Positions 50,560 to 64,000 of a stretch of 64,000 nt of DNA are shown piece after piece (the stretch's first letter is position 1; the number at the start of each line of letters is the position of its first letter). A model generated the notes under the pieces. It saw nothing but the letters and a program-made list of their open reading frames with translations. It was not told the origin of the DNA and searched no databases. The DNA is from Amphiscolops sp. MND2022. Its lineage: Eukaryota. A program made the translations under genes and the position numbers. The stretch is taken from the NCBI GenBank assembly GCA_964187785.1, contig OZ076409.1:84942001-85006000 (forward strand), read 5' to 3'.

Positions 50560-51135
50560 TTTATATTGAAAAAACTCAATATCCGACAAAAATGAGGATT
50601 CTGAACCGTCTGATAATGCCAAAAGGGTAAAAACGGGACACTTTGAGATTTTTAAACATCCATTTTGTTGAAAAATATCAAAAAGCTGAAGGGCAATAAA
50701 ACCATCTGGAGACATTAAAAGACGTTTTTTTAGAAAAAAAAACGAAAAATGAGAATTCGGAAGTCTCAAAGTGCGAAAACATAGAAAAGGGGAACTCTTT
50801 GAGATTTTTTAACATTCATTCTGAATATCAAAAAACTTGAAGGTTGGGAGACATTTAAAAGTTTTTGGGAACAAAATTTCAGTGCCGAAAAAAAATTAAA
50901 GGGCAGACCCTTTAGTCTGGTTCGGTTCTGTATGTTACGTTTAAAAAAAAGGAACACATGAAATGGGGACTCGTTGCACTAGCTTAGATGCGTTTCCGCT
51001 GGCCTGACTTAGCCGGTCTAATAGTTTAGGTAGTTTATGTAAAAAGTGGACCTTTCAGTATGAGGCCTGTGGTCCAGATAAAAAACTTTTTAGAAGGTCA
51101 CTTTAAGAGTCGGGCACTTTTTTGCTTCACAAAAA
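50560..51135 (-). mobile_element. Degenerate Helentron-type fragment (26690-27412 family)
   Basis: Reverse-complement versions of the family's internal blocks (TCTCAAAGTGCGAAAA, ACCCTTTAGTCT...TGTATGTTACG). Confidence 0.5.
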
Positions 51136-51138
51136 CCA

Positions 51139-54100
51139 CAATATTTCGAACCTCCGCTTCCTCCGTAGAAAACACAATTAACTTCGGATATGACGTCAAA
51201 AGATCAGAAATAGCGTGCTGGGACGAATTAGAGGGCTTGTTTTTGAGCCCCCGCCTCCCTCTTAGTGAAACGCAACAATAAAGCTAAAATGGAGTTAAAG
51301 ATGAAGCTTTGGCAAAAGTTGGAAAAAACTCAACACAGATTATAATTTTCCTCCCCATACACAAAAAAATTTGTGGGCGCGGAAAATAAGAATCGAAGCA
51401 ATGTGCAATGTTTGAATTTTTTAGATAATCACCCAAATATCATGACGGTATCAGTAAAAACATCGAATTTTGTGTAAAAATGGAATGCCAACTGAATTAC
51501 AGCGGACGCATATAAAATCTGAATTCATCAATTTTCAAAAATATTAGGCAAAGCACAAAATACAACGCAAGGACAACTAAAATCAAAGTTCGTATGATTT
51601 GAGCTTCACCAAAAAACCATGTTTGGAGATCTAATAGTTCCATTTGTTTGTAAAATACTATTTTACAATACATTTGATACTCGACTAAAAACACATTTGA
51701 TACTCGTGTCTTGACTTCAATGTTTTTCGTTTATGATTATAGCATGGTTTGCCTAATTTCATATGATTGTATAGCCCTTTTACGGAAAACATGCTTTTTA
51801 GGATGGCCATTTTATGAAATTCATGTTTAAGAGTATGGCACTTCTATGGAACTCATGCTTTTAGCGTATGCTTCTTTAATGGAACCCATTCTTTTAAAGT
51901 ATGGCTCTTCCATGGAACTCATGCTTTGCAAGTCCTATACCAACGAAATTGAATTCAAAATAGGGTTAGTCAAAAAAGGACACTTTTGTTACTTGTGCTA
52001 GAACTATATCCTAATTTGGATAGAAAAACAAGACATCAGAAACATGAATTTGAAACGAAAAAAAAACAAATAGATTCATTGAAAAAAGAGTTGAAGGGTA
52101 GTCATAGCTTTAATCATAAAAATGTATTCAGTGGAATCCTGGTAATATGTCAAGAACATCTACTGTCTGACCAAAACACTTCCATCTCAGATTCACAGTT
52201 CTTGAAGTTAGCTGCTTCTTCTGGCCCAGCGCTAGAACCCTGGTCTGTGAAAAAAAACAAGAAAACTATGGTAGGTTTCACTCGCCTCACCAAAAACCAG
52301 ATACAGAGGACACTATGTAGAACTAACAAACAATGGAAAAACAAGACGCCCGCTATACACCGAGATTTTTTCCGCCTTCGATTGGCTAAAATTAGACACT
52401 TAATCGAAAATTTACCCCCTCCTTGGTATAACGCAATTTACTTCGGAGATAACGTCAAAACTCGGGCATAGCCCAATATTTTCGAACTTCCGCTTCTTCT
52501 GTTGTAAAACACATTTAACTTCGGATATAATGTCAAAAACTCGGATATAGTGAGCTGGGACAAACGGGAGCGCTTGTTTTTGAACATCCGCCTCCTTCTT
52601 AGTAAAACGCAATTTACTTAGGATATAACGTAAAAATTCGGAGACAGCGCAATATTTCGAACCTCCGCTTCCTCCGTAGAAAACACAATTAACTTCGGAT
52701 ATGACGTCAAAAGATCAGAAATAGCGTGCTGGGACGAATTAGAGGGCTTGTTTTTGAGCCCCCGCCTCCCTCTTAGTGAAACGCAACAATAAAGCTAAAA
52801 TGGAGTTAAAGATGAAGCTTTGGCAAAAGTTGGAAAAAACTCAACACAGATTATAATTTTCCTCTCCATAAACAAAAAAATTTGTGGGTGCGGAAAATAA
52901 GAATCGAAGCAATATGCAATGTTTGAATTTTTTAGATAATCACCCAAATATCATGACGGTATCAGTAAAAACATCGAATTTTGGGTAAAAATGGAATGCC
53001 AACTGAATTACAGCGGACGCATATAAAATCTGAATTCATCAATTTTCAAAAATATTAGGCAAAGCACAAAATACAACGCAAGGACAACTAAAATCAAAGT
53101 TCGTATGATTTGAGCTTCACCAAAAAACCATGTTTGGAGATCTAATAGTTCCATTTGTTTGTAAAATACTATTTTACAATACATTTGATACTCGACTAAA
53201 AACACATTTGATACTCGTGTCTTGACTTCAATGTTTTTCGTTTATGATTATAGCATGGTTTGCCTAATTTCATATGATTGTATAGCCCTTTTACAGAAAA
53301 CATGCTTTTTAGGATGGCCATTTTATGAAATTCATGTTTAAGAGTATGGCACTTCTATGGAACTCATGCTTTTAGCGTATGCTTCTTTAATGGAACCCAT
53401 TCTTTTAAAGTATGGCTCTTCCATGGAACTCATGCTTTGCAAGTCCTATACCAACGAAATTGAATTCAAAATAGGGTTAGTCAAAAAAGGACACTTTTGT
53501 TACTTGTGCTAGAACTATATCCTAATTTGGATAGAAAAACAAGACATCAGAAACATGAATTTGAAACGAAAAAAAAAACAAATAGATTCATTGAAAAAAG
53601 AGTTGAAGGGTAGTCATAGCTTTAATCATAAAAATGTATTCAGTGGAATCCTGGTAATATGTCAAGAACATCTACTGTCTGACCAAAACACTTCCATCTC
53701 AGATTCACAGTTCTTGAAGTTAGCTGCTTCTTCTGGCCCAGCGCTAGAACCCTGGTCTGTGAAAAAAAAACAAGAAAACTATGGTAGGTTTCACTCGCCT
53801 CACCAAAAACCAGATACAGAGGACACTATGTAGAACTAACAAACAATGGAAAAACAAGACGCCCGCTATACACCGAGATTTTTTCCGCCTTCGATTGGCT
53901 AAAATTAGACACTTAATCGAAAATTTACCCCCTCCTTGGTATAACGCAATTTACTTCGGAGATAACGTCAAAACTCGGACATAGCCCAATATTTTCGAAC
54001 TTCCGCTTCTTCTGTTGTAAAACACATTTAACTACGGATATAATGTCAAAAACTCGGATATAGTGAGCTGGGACAAACGGGAGCGCTTGTTTTTGAACAT

Positions 54101-54676
54101 CCGCCTCCTTCTTAGTAAAACGCAATTTACTTAGGATATAACGTAAAAATTCGGAGACAGCGCAATATTTCGAACCTCCGCTTCCTCCGTAGAAAACACA
54201 ATTAACTTCGGATATGACGTCAAAAGATCAGAAATAGCGTGCTGGGACGAATTAGAGGGCTTGTTTTTGAGCCCCCGCCTCCCTCTTAGTGAAACGCAAC
54301 AATAAAGCTAAAATGGAGTTAAAGATGAAGCTTTGGCAAAAGTTGGAAAAAACTCAACACAGATTATAATTTTCCTCTCCATAAACAAAAAAATTTGTGG
54401 GTGCGGAAAATAAGAATCGAAGCAATATGCAATGTTTGAATCTTTTAGATAATCACCCAAATATCATGACGGTATCAGTAAAAACATCGAATTTTGGGTA
54501 AAAATGGAATGCCAACTGAATTACAGTGGAGGCATATAAAACTCTGAAATCATCAATTTTCAAAAATATTAGGCAAAGCAGAAAATACAACGCAAGGACA
54601 ACTAAAATCAAAGTTCGTATGATTTGAGCTTCACCAAAAAACCATGTTTGGACATCTAATAGTTCCATTTGTTTGT
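51139..54676. repeat. Tandem duplication, ~1.51-kb unit x2.3
   Basis: Units start at 51139, 52650 and 54163. Duplicated ORFs in the track, e.g. 51497-51694 = 53008-53205. Confidence 0.95.
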
Positions 54677-54871
54677 GCATAACATTTGCCAACAGTAATG
54701 CATCTGACACTGACATCACTAAAAGGAATAAGATCAAGAGGAAACGAAGAAAAGTAGACTTTTAACCTTCCGAAGGATCGTCAAAAATGCTTGTCAGAAA
54801 CACTGAAGAGCCCACTTTTTGGTGAAAGTGAAGGCCAACTGAAATACGCCGGACACAAATGACAATGTAAC

Positions 54872-55337
54872 AACAAGACAGTAACTAATATCGGCGCTTA
54901 ATCTAAGGCTTAAAAAACAAAATTCGTATATGCATGCTAAACCACTGAGAGAACGAAAAACTAATTTTCTTGAATATCAATGTTTTTGAAAATTCTCACA
55001 TTGCCGAAAACTGTAAAAGGAGGGACATTTTGGGGTTTTTAAAAACCCAATGATTTGCAAAATATCAAAAAATTGAAGGCAGGACCCTTTGGGGACATTT
55101 GAAAATTTTCGAAAAAAGGCTCACAAAGCTGAAAAAGGGGACGGGGAAAGTCTCATAATGCCGAAAAATTGGAAAGGGGACCCTTCAGCTTTGCAATGGT
55201 TTTTTATATCATGTTAAAGGCTTTAGATGCGTTCAAAATCTAAGTACTTAGGTACTGAGTACTTTTGGTAAACGTGCGTAGTGCACAAAAACTGGTACAC
55301 TCAAGGTGAGCTCTGTGATTGGAAAAGCACCGACTAA
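54872..55337 (-). mobile_element. Helentron-type element (26690-27412 family), diverged
   Basis: AACAAG...TCGGCGCTTAATCTAAGGCT at the left end and GCACCGACTAAAA at the right end. Confidence 0.6.
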
Positions 55338-55602
55338 AAGCAGCAGTATCAGAAAACGTGAGGCAAACAAAGCCTACAAACAACGAAAGAACAACAAGTC
55401 AGTGTTCGAATTTTTTGATCGCCACCGAAATATCATTTAAGGTTCTCGGGAAATTTCATCTTTTAATGAACATTGTTGGTAAAATGAAGTTTCAGTGTCT
55501 GATACTAGTACTAGCACTTCTTCTTCAGATCCACGGGTATAGAAGAAGCTAGCTACTTCTGGCTCGAAAGTGAAATCCTGAGGAAAACGTCGAGATAACA
55601 CT

Positions 55603-56452
55603 TGTAACGGCTGCTTGATCCCTTCACTTGACCAAACTTTACGCCGCCCTGAATTCGGTGCTCGGCACTTCGGATCGTTACCGAACACTGCTTGCTTCTT
55701 AGATTAAAAGGACTGTATCTTGACTTAGTAGGATCCAATGATCCCGAATTGCACTTCTTCCTTGTCTCTTAACACGTCCAACTCTCCACAAGTTGAGAGT
55801 AACTAACTTAGTAGCACTAAGTCTTTGGCGAAAAGTCGAAAAGAGGTGAAGAAATGAATTGAGAATTAAAATGGTCCTAAGACACAACTTGAATACAGCT
55901 TTTCATTCAATTTGTGCCTATCTAGTTATGGTATACATATCGTTTACAATTATTCGATAAATATGAGTTGAAATATGAAGTATGAATAAATGACATTTAG
56001 GTGAATTATTAAAGTTATTGGCTATGTAAACAAACCATAGTGTGGGTATAGCATGTTGGTTAGGTGGGCTATAAAGCATGTTTATACATTGTAAATATCA
56101 TCAATTGCAACAGAGTTACATTCTATTGTGGTCATAATGGTAAATAGCAATGTTTACATTATTGGCACCATGACCTTGAATATCACACATATGAGGGGTA
56201 AAGGGGGTTACAATGGGTGGATGACCTTGAAACGGAGCCGGTGTGTCCGTGTTAGGTACCTGCATATGTGTGCCAAGTTTCAAGTCTCTATGGTTAATAG
56301 TTGTAGAGAAAACCCTGACTGGGGGGTTTCGATTTTGTCACACTTGATATTTCTTCAATATTTCTTCTAAGTTTCTTGGAATTTAAGTTCTTGTTTCTCA
56401 ACCAACATGTTCCAAAACAACTTTCTTTGCCTGCAAATGACTGGCGCCAACA
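55603..56452 (-). repeat. 3' LTR of BEL element 2 (~850 bp)
   Basis: TGTAACGG...GCGCCAACA. Minus-strand purine tract GGGAGAAAAACAGGG just inside. Repeated from 63177. Confidence 0.9.
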
Positions 56453-59400
56453 TTGCTGGCCCTGTTTTTCTCCCGAAAAACACTTTCATAGAACAGGGGT
56501 GCCCGTTTCACTACTGGTCTTTTGATTTTGCCATCTTTCGTAACCACTATCGCAGCTCTGACTCTGCTATCGCTTCCTTCTTGTACTTCCAGTACTCTCG
56601 CCATCTTGTAGTTGGACCGTTTCACATTTTATTCCACGACCCAAACCAAATCATTCACTTTCAATTGTCTCACATCATCTTTGTTCCATTTGTTACGCAC
56701 ATTCCATTCCGGCAAGTATTCTTTAGTCCATCTGGTCCAGATCATATCTGAATAAGCTTGCGACACTCGAAATACTCGTCTCAAATCTGTGTAACGTTGA
56801 GCGTCTGGTAGGAATGGTGTGGCTAAATTAGCTCTTCCCATTAAGAAGTGGTTCGGAGTCAAAGCTTCCAGGTCATCAGGATCGTCACTAACACTAGTCA
56901 GTGGTCTAGCGTTCAACGTCTGTTCTACTAAACACATAGTTGTTATAAGGACGTCGTCCGTCACGGATCGCCAATCCAATACAGCTATCATTGCTTTTTC
57001 ACAACTTCGGACCAATCGTTCCCAGATTCCTCCAAAATGAGGATTGAATTTCCACTTGATTTCTTTTTGAGCTAAAGAGTTCTCAATATCTGAATGATTC
57101 CATGCATTTATACAATCTCTCATTTCTTTAGCTGCACCCACGAAGTTTGTCCCGTTATCGCTCAAAATTGTAGCAGGTTTACCTCTACGGGCAATAAACC
57201 GTGTGATAGCAGTTAAGCAGGCCTCTGCTTCCAAAGATGGAACAACTTCAATGTGTACTGCTCTAGTCGTCAAACATGTGAAGAGACAGCACCATCTCTT
57301 CATAGTCTTGCGCATGAACTTCACTTCAAAGGGACCAAAATAGTCAACTCCAGTGTTGGTAGTGTTGGTAATGGGGAATACTCGTTCCTGCAATCTCTCT
57401 CGTTTGCAAATCAGCCATAAATGGTTGGGACACTCCAGCTCGTTGCTTTCTACATTTAACACATTTCGCTTTGACGTTCTTCAAAAAGTTTCGCAATCCA
57501 ATAATCCAGTATTTTTGCCTCAGAACCCTTCTGACAAATTCTGTGCCTTCAAAATTCGTTCGATGAGCATCTTCAATCAACTTGATGACTACATAGCGCT
57601 TTGCTGACAACAAGATCGGGTGTTTGACCTCATAACTTGATCTGGAATGCTGCAGTCGGCCATGTAGTCGCAGCAATCCTTTTTCATCCAGAAATGGGGA
57701 TAATTTATTCAATTGATGTGATGCCGGCAACGGCTGCCCTTTAGAGATCTTCTCGTAGGCATCATCAAAACTTTCTTTCTGACAACGTTTCAAAATTGCC
57801 AGCTTTGCCGCATTGAGTTCGTCAACTGTCAGAATTCCTCCAGAGTTCCTTTTCTTCCATCTTAGGCAGTATGGGAGCACTCGAATCATTTTCTTGAAAG
57901 AGCCAAATCTTTCCCATTCGAATGCGGGTTCCATTACAGCAGCTTCCACGACTGGTTCTTACTCTTCTTGAATGCTGAATTGCATTTTTTCAGGCGCCTT
58001 AGGCAAGACGTCCTCTGTCTCGGTGAGCCACGCCGGCCCTGTGAGCCACTCACTCCCGTTCAGGGCTTCAACTGTCATTTCTCGATTTCCAATGTCAGCA
58101 GGATTCATTTTTCCTTCAACATGCCGCCATTGATCCATAGTTGAGTTTTCGAGAATTTCAGCTACGGGGTTTGCCACAAAGACCGGTTGTTTGTTGTTAC
58201 TTGCGTGAAGCCATTGTAGGACCGTAGTTGAATCTATCCAATGTACACTTTGGTCTACTTCGATATCATGTTCTTCCAAAACAAGCTCTCGCAGTCTTAC
58301 TCCAAAAACTGCTGCCTGCATCTCCAACTTAGCCACTGTCATGTTTCGTATTGGAACTACTCTACAATTTCCGATCACAAACGCCAGTTCGCCATTTTCT
58401 TGCTTTCTCAAATAAGCAACCAAAAACATTGCTTCCAACGAAGCGTCTGAGAAGATATGTAGATCAACTTTGTTCACACCAGACTCGAAGTATGTTCTTT
58501 TAAGGACCATTTGATTCTCCTGAATCATCTCTGATGCCCATTTCTCGAATGCATGTCGATTTTCTTCATTCAGTTCTTTATCCCACGACTGTCCGTTCTC
58601 CTTCCATAAAGATTTCAGTAGCAGTCGCATTCTGATAGTAAAAGGAGACACTATTCCCAGAGGGTCGAACACAGCTGAAACGTAAGATAACACTGCTCTC
58701 TGCGTTATCTTCACCGGTATCTCCTTCTGCATGTCTCTGCAGACTTCCAGATGGTCCGCGTCAACGTTCCATTGCAGTCCCAAGATTGATGGAGAAGTCG
58801 GTTCAGCTTCAAAGGTTTTACTAGAGGACGGTGACTTGTCTGCTTGGTCGATAGACGTCATAGTTTGTTCGCAGTTGCTAATCCATTTTGTTAAGTGAAA
58901 GCCTCTCTTTGCCAAAATTGCTCGCAAAAGTTTGTAGATTTCAATAGCCTGCTCAGCGCTGGGAACAGATTTGACAAAGTCATCCATATAGAAGTTTCGC
59001 ATTATCATTTTAGTAATTTTTGGGGACTCCTGTGCGTTATCTCTTTCAACTTGCTGCAGATCATAATTGGCGCAAGTTGGCGAACTTTTGGCTCCGAAGA
59101 TGTCTTCCATACTCATACACGTTATCGGGTTCGTTTGGATTGTCTGTCCAAACAAATCTCAACACTTTACAATCTTCCGATGGTACTATCACCTGGATGA
59201 ACATCGCCTCAATGTCGGCGGTGATAGCGATCTTTTGTTCTCGGAACCTGAAGATGATTCCAATTAGATTCTGCAGTAGGTCCGGCACTGTCAAGAGGTT
59301 ATCGTTCAAGGAAATTCCACAGAATTTGGATGCTGCGTTGCACACTCGCCTCACTTTTCCAGGTTTGTTTGGGTTTTCTACTGGGTGATGTGGAACATAC

Positions 59401-62400
59401 CACTGTCTTTCCAATTTTGTAGCTTCTAATTCTTCTTGCTTCAGGACTCTGACGAATCACTTTTCAACATCGACTTTGATAGAGTCTTGATAGAGTTTCT
59501 TCAACTCTGGTTTCTTTTCAAGTCTATACTCCAACGATTTCATTTGGCTCAATGCAGAAGAGTAATTGTTTGGCAAGAAGGGTCATTTCTTTTCAAGAGA
59601 AGACCAACTTCATATCTTTCACCATCAAACTTTGTGGTTTGTTCCTGCATCTGCAACGCCATCTCATCTTCCTTGGACCTTCCAGACACATCGCATAGGA
59701 TTCTATGTCCCACCAAGTTTTAATCTGTTCTGCCAGCACATCATCTTCAGAAGCTGTTTGGCAAGATGCAGTCATCTGCACAGCCTTTTGCTGTTGAAGT
59801 GGTCCACAGAGAGTCCATCCAAGTTTCGTTTTCACTGCCCAAGGCTCACCATTTGTGCAGCTTTTATATTCAACAGGCCGATGTATATGGTAGCAGTTTT
59901 GTCCCAATATCATTTTTACATCCGTGAGTTTCAATGTTTCTTCGCTTAGAACTGACAAATGGGGATAGGCTAGTTTGAGTTGATAGTTGTAGATCTTTGT
60001 TCCGGCATCTATGTTTGGATGAGTGTAAACTGTCATGTGGTGTGTGTCGCTCATTGCCTTGCCACGAATTCTCACAGTGAATCGTTCACATTTCACATCA
60101 TTTGTCCCATGTATTCCAGCCACACTCAGGTCAATTTCTTCCCCGTGAGCATTTAACTTGTTGGCTAACTCCTTGTCTATGAACGGTAGACTTGCTCCAG
60201 AATCACACAACGACAAGGTTGATTCTTGCTTTTTTCCAATTTGGATGATGATCGGTATAACTGGCAGAATCCCACTGCTCTTCAGTGAGCAAAATGCAGA
60301 GTTCGCCTCCGCCTTCTGTTGAGGGTCTTCCGGTCCGCTTCCTTTCTGCCGATCATTTGTCTCGCGGTGTAGCAGTCGGTGGTGCCGTCTGTTACAACCT
60401 TTGACTCCGCACGCTTTGTATGTGCAGTCTTTCACTACATGTTTCCCAGCCAAACAACAAAAGCAGAGTTTCAGCTCTTTGACTTTCTCATATCGCGCTT
60501 GACATGTCATCTTCAGAAACTTCTCGCATTTCCACAGAGGATGTTTACCGTCTTTCAATAGACAATCTTGACCAGTCTTCTTGTCCGAATTGTCGTCGGC
60601 AAAGGTTGAGAACGTACAGCTCTTTATCTTGTCTTTACTTGTCCATTTCGATCTGTCTGCGTTGGGGTTGCCTTTCATGAGAACATCTTCCTGCACCGCT
60701 GCTACCTCTTGCAACCATAAGCTGAACGCTTCCAGCCCCATGTAGTAGTTAGCATTTTGTCTCGCGTGCGCCAACCATTTCGTCTTCATGTTCATTGGCA
60801 GTTTTCTTGTCGCACTACTTAGGACGACTTCTGACTGGAAGTCGCCAACATAGTTCATCTGCGTCAGAACTTGCACACAACTTGAAACTATTCTCGAGTA
60901 TTTGACCAATGCTACGGAGTTGTACGCTTTCACTGGCGGAAAGGTGTATATTTGTCTCAATTGTGCGTTAACTACCACTTGTGATCTTCCAAAGTGCGCG
61001 ACCAAGGTAATCCAAGCAATATCATACATGTCTCCAGTGTAGCCTAGTCCAGCTATCACTCCTTTCGCTTTCCCAGTGACCAGCGTTTTGAGATGATTCA
61101 TCTTCAAGTTGGCGTCGATGTTTGCAGCGTGCACGGTAGAGAGGAACAACCCTGACCACTCGGGCCATTCTAATGGGTCACCTGAGAATTCTGCCAGCTT
61201 CAGCTTCGGCAAACTGGCTAGTAGGCTCACTGCTTCATTTCTTGTTGTCGCGAACTGACTCTGTATGGGGGCATAGTATTTAGCTGAGGGTGCAACTGGT
61301 GGTGGCAATGTGCCATTTCTCGTTTGGTTACTTAACATTGGTTGGTTTGGAGGTTCGAAGTTCCCAAACTGCACATGCTGTTGAAATGTCATTCATTTGC
61401 ATCTTCGCTGATGCAGCGTTCGGCACGAATTGACTGGCCGACGTGCCATCCTTTACCATGGTCGGCTGCGCTGTTTTAGCAGCCAGGTGGGACATTTGCG
61501 TTGTGTGTGGCAAAGGGTCAGGTTGTGGTTTGATAAGTTCGCTGGCCAGTGCGATTCTGAATACCTCTTCTCCGAACTTCGTTGTTTTTTCGTCACATCC
61601 ATTTTCATCAAGCAAAGAAGGTACCTATTCGAAGGGAACGCTGTGGATGGGTATTGGCGAGATGCTTCGGAAACTTGTGCTTGCTCTGCTTCCCTCCGCC
61701 CGAGCGATTTCCATTTCCTTCTCTGCGATTCGTTTAGCCCTTGCCTTCTCCTCTTGGAGTTTAGCTATTTCGAGTTCTTCTGTGAGTTTATCCATTTCCT
61801 CGTGTTTCTTTCGGATTTTTGCTTGACGTATCTTGACGCAGCTAGTTGTTCATCGATTTCGTTTCTTCATTGCTTCCAGTTCTAGGAGCATCACTCGTTT
61901 TGTAGTAGTTGACTTTGAACTAAATGATGTTCTGTTGCCCCTCGAATGTGTCTTGTAGGCACATTGATATCTTTCCCCGGGTATCGAATTCACCTCCTTA
62001 TCACAACAAATCACAAATGAATTGGGTCCAACGGTACCTTGTGTCTCTTCTTCATTCGCGTTCTTCTGAGGAGAAGTGTCGCGGGACTTTGGTTGTTGCT
62101 CTTGCCAATTCACTCTGGCACGGGCCTTTACTCCCTCCATACGATGCAACTCACTGTAAATTGGAGTATCTCCACTGTGTTTCAACAACTCATCCATCTC
62201 GGCCACAATTTCTTCTCTCGTTTTGAGGGTTTCTTCGTTTGTTTCTACCAATGCTAGTAATCCTCTGAGTTGCAAAGAGTATCCCGATTTTTATTGATTT
62301 CATCTTCGTTTTTCTGAAGCATTTCATCACATTTCTCTTTGGAGTTATGAAGTAGTAGGAACTCGTTCAACTGTCTTTCATTCTTCAGGCTCCTCATCAT

Positions 62401-62757
62401 TGTGAGCATCTGACCAATGTTTTTATGTCGTGTTTCCAAGGAGTCTAGGTCATTCCGATATCTGCAGAAACGGTCACCTTTACTATCCGACCATTCTGGC
62501 TGATACTTGGCTTTCAAGAGCGCTGTGTTCGCCGCGACGAATCTCTTCCATCTGAGCAGTAGGTCTTGTCGGTTCGGTAGAAGGTCTGCGAGTTTTTCCT
62601 TCGTCGTGTCTGCTTTGCGTAGCTCAGCATGTTTTTCATCCGTTTTTGTCTCGAAGTTCTGAATTGCTCTCATGTTGCTCTCCCATTGTGGCTTGTCGAT
62701 AGAACTCTTCAAAAAGTTGTCGATTCTTTTGTTATCAATTCTCTTAGGTTCAGCCAT
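56398..62757 (-). pseudogene. BEL/Pao gag-pol polyprotein, frameshifted
   Basis: Coiled-coil N-terminus. FSGDPLEWPEWSGLF. CFCCLAGKHVVKDC and CGVKGCNRRHHRLLH. PR LCDSGA. RT WYVPHHPV, FYMDDF. RH HIFSDAS. IN GVDYFGPF, SDNGTNF, GGIWERLV. Confidence 0.95.
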
Positions 62758-63101
62758 TTTGAACTAGCCCAAACCCCAGAAAACACTTATTAACCACATG
62801 AGTCCAAATTCTGCTGTGAATACAGTTCCCAACAAGTCGATGAAGTAGCCCAAAACTCCAGAGTACACCTTATAACCAAGAGCTCCAGTAATACCATTTC
62901 GAATACAATCTCCCAGAGCCTGCAGAAGTAGTTCAAGCCCCAGATTACACAATTCTAAGAGGAGAGCCCAGATGAGACTTTTGAGCGCACACAGCTTTGT
63001 AGGGTTCAACCACAGTGGTTCAACAGCTGTCGTTCACTGTACACGTTCACTCGTTCGCACAGTGCTTCTCTGGCTGTGTAGCAATCAGATGATCATTCAG
63101 T

Positions 63102-63158
63102 TGTCCGCCCAATTGATGATGTCCGCCCAATTGATGACGCCCGGCCAATTGATGATGT
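63102..63158. repeat. 18-bp tandem repeat x~3 (TGTCCGCCCAATTGATGA) in the BEL2 leader
   Basis: Directly visible, ~20 bp inside the 5' LTR. Confidence 0.85.
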
Positions 63159-63176
63159 CAGGGTCGGCAGACGAAA

Positions 63177-64000
63177 TGTAACGGCGGCTTGATCCCTTCA
63201 CTTGACCAAACTTTACGCCGCCCTGAATTCGGTGCTCGGCACTTCGGATCGTTACCGACCACTGCTTGCTTCTTAGATTGAAAGGACTGTATCTTGACTT
63301 AGTAGGATCCAATGATCCCGAATTGCACTTCTTCTTTGTCTCTTAACACGTCCAACTCTCCACAAGTTGAGAGTAACTAACTTAGTCGCACTAAGTCTTT
63401 GGCGAAAAGTTGAAAAGAGGTGAAGAAATGAATTGAGAATTGAAATGGTCCTAAGACCCAACTTGAATACAATATTTCATTCAATTTGTGCCTATCTAGT
63501 TATGGTATACATATCGTTTACAATTATTCGATAAATATGAGTTGAAATATGAAGTATAAATAAATGACATTTAGGTGAATTATTAAAGTTATTGGCTATG
63601 TAAACAAACCATAGTGTGGGTATAGCATGTTGGTTAGGTGGGCTCTAAAGCATGTTTACACAATATAAATATCATCAAGTGCAACATAGTTACATTCTAA
63701 TGGGGTCATAATGGTAAAAAGCAATGTTTACATTATTGGTACCATGACATTGAAAATCACACATATGAGGGGTAAAGGGGGTTATAATGGGTGGGTGCCT
63801 TGAAACTGAGCCGGTGTGTCCGTGTTAGGTACCTGCATATGTGTGCCAAGTTTCAAGTCTCTATGGTTAATAGTTGTAGAGAAAACCCTGACTGGGGGTT
63901 TCGATTTTGTCACACTTGATGATAATTCTTCAATATTTCTTCTAAGTTTTTTGGAGTTTAAGTTCTTGTTTCTCAACCAACATGTTCCAAATCAACTTTC
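63177..64000 (-). repeat. 5' LTR of BEL element 2 (incomplete at window edge)
   Basis: Direct repeat of 55603-56425. Confidence 0.95.

Larger units (their letters stand above)
55603..64000 (-). mobile_element. BEL/Pao LTR retrotransposon 2 (5' LTR runs off the window)
   Basis: Direct repeats 55603-56452 and 63177-64000+. Pao-type gag-pol between them. Confidence 0.96.

Noticed and set aside
51986..52471. 161-aa ORF in the tandem unit
   Set aside because: Frameshifted at poly-A runs in the second copy, crosses repeat boundaries, and has no recognisable domain.
61430..61885. Plus-strand ORFs antisense to BEL/Gypsy genes (also 10213-10602, 12661-12978, 25031-25414)
   Set aside because: These are shadow ORFs from the codon bias of the coding strand, with no independent conservation.

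Overview
AT-rich eukaryotic DNA, probably from an invertebrate animal (taxon cannot be established from sequence alone), made up mostly of transposable elements. It holds two BEL/Pao LTR retrotransposons on the minus strand: 1613-8768 (5-bp TSD AGTTT) and 55603 to beyond the window end. It also holds two diverged members of a large Ty3/Gypsy family: copy A at 9128-20334 (+, TSD GATAG) and copy B at ~35963/38057-48289 (-, internally deleted). The rest is solo-LTR-like repeats, Helentron-type non-autonomous elements, a TA-flanked MITE and kb-scale tandem duplications. One intact host-like gene is present, a divergent intronless 7TM receptor (23103-23936, -). The main observation concerns the Gypsy family. 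It carries, downstream of pol and on the opposite strand, a multi-exon spliced accessory gene with a BED-finger-like N-terminus and a hAT-like C-terminus, and its GT-AG junctions are conserved between the two copies. The same CpG-containing ~17-bp motif is arrayed in the LTR, in an intron of that gene and upstream of it. The gag ORF starts 190 codons inside the LTR. Separately, the first BEL element carries an SGNH-hydrolase-like ORF between the PBS and gag. All TE coding regions are degenerate, and all protein-family assignments are by-eye motif recognition, not database results.
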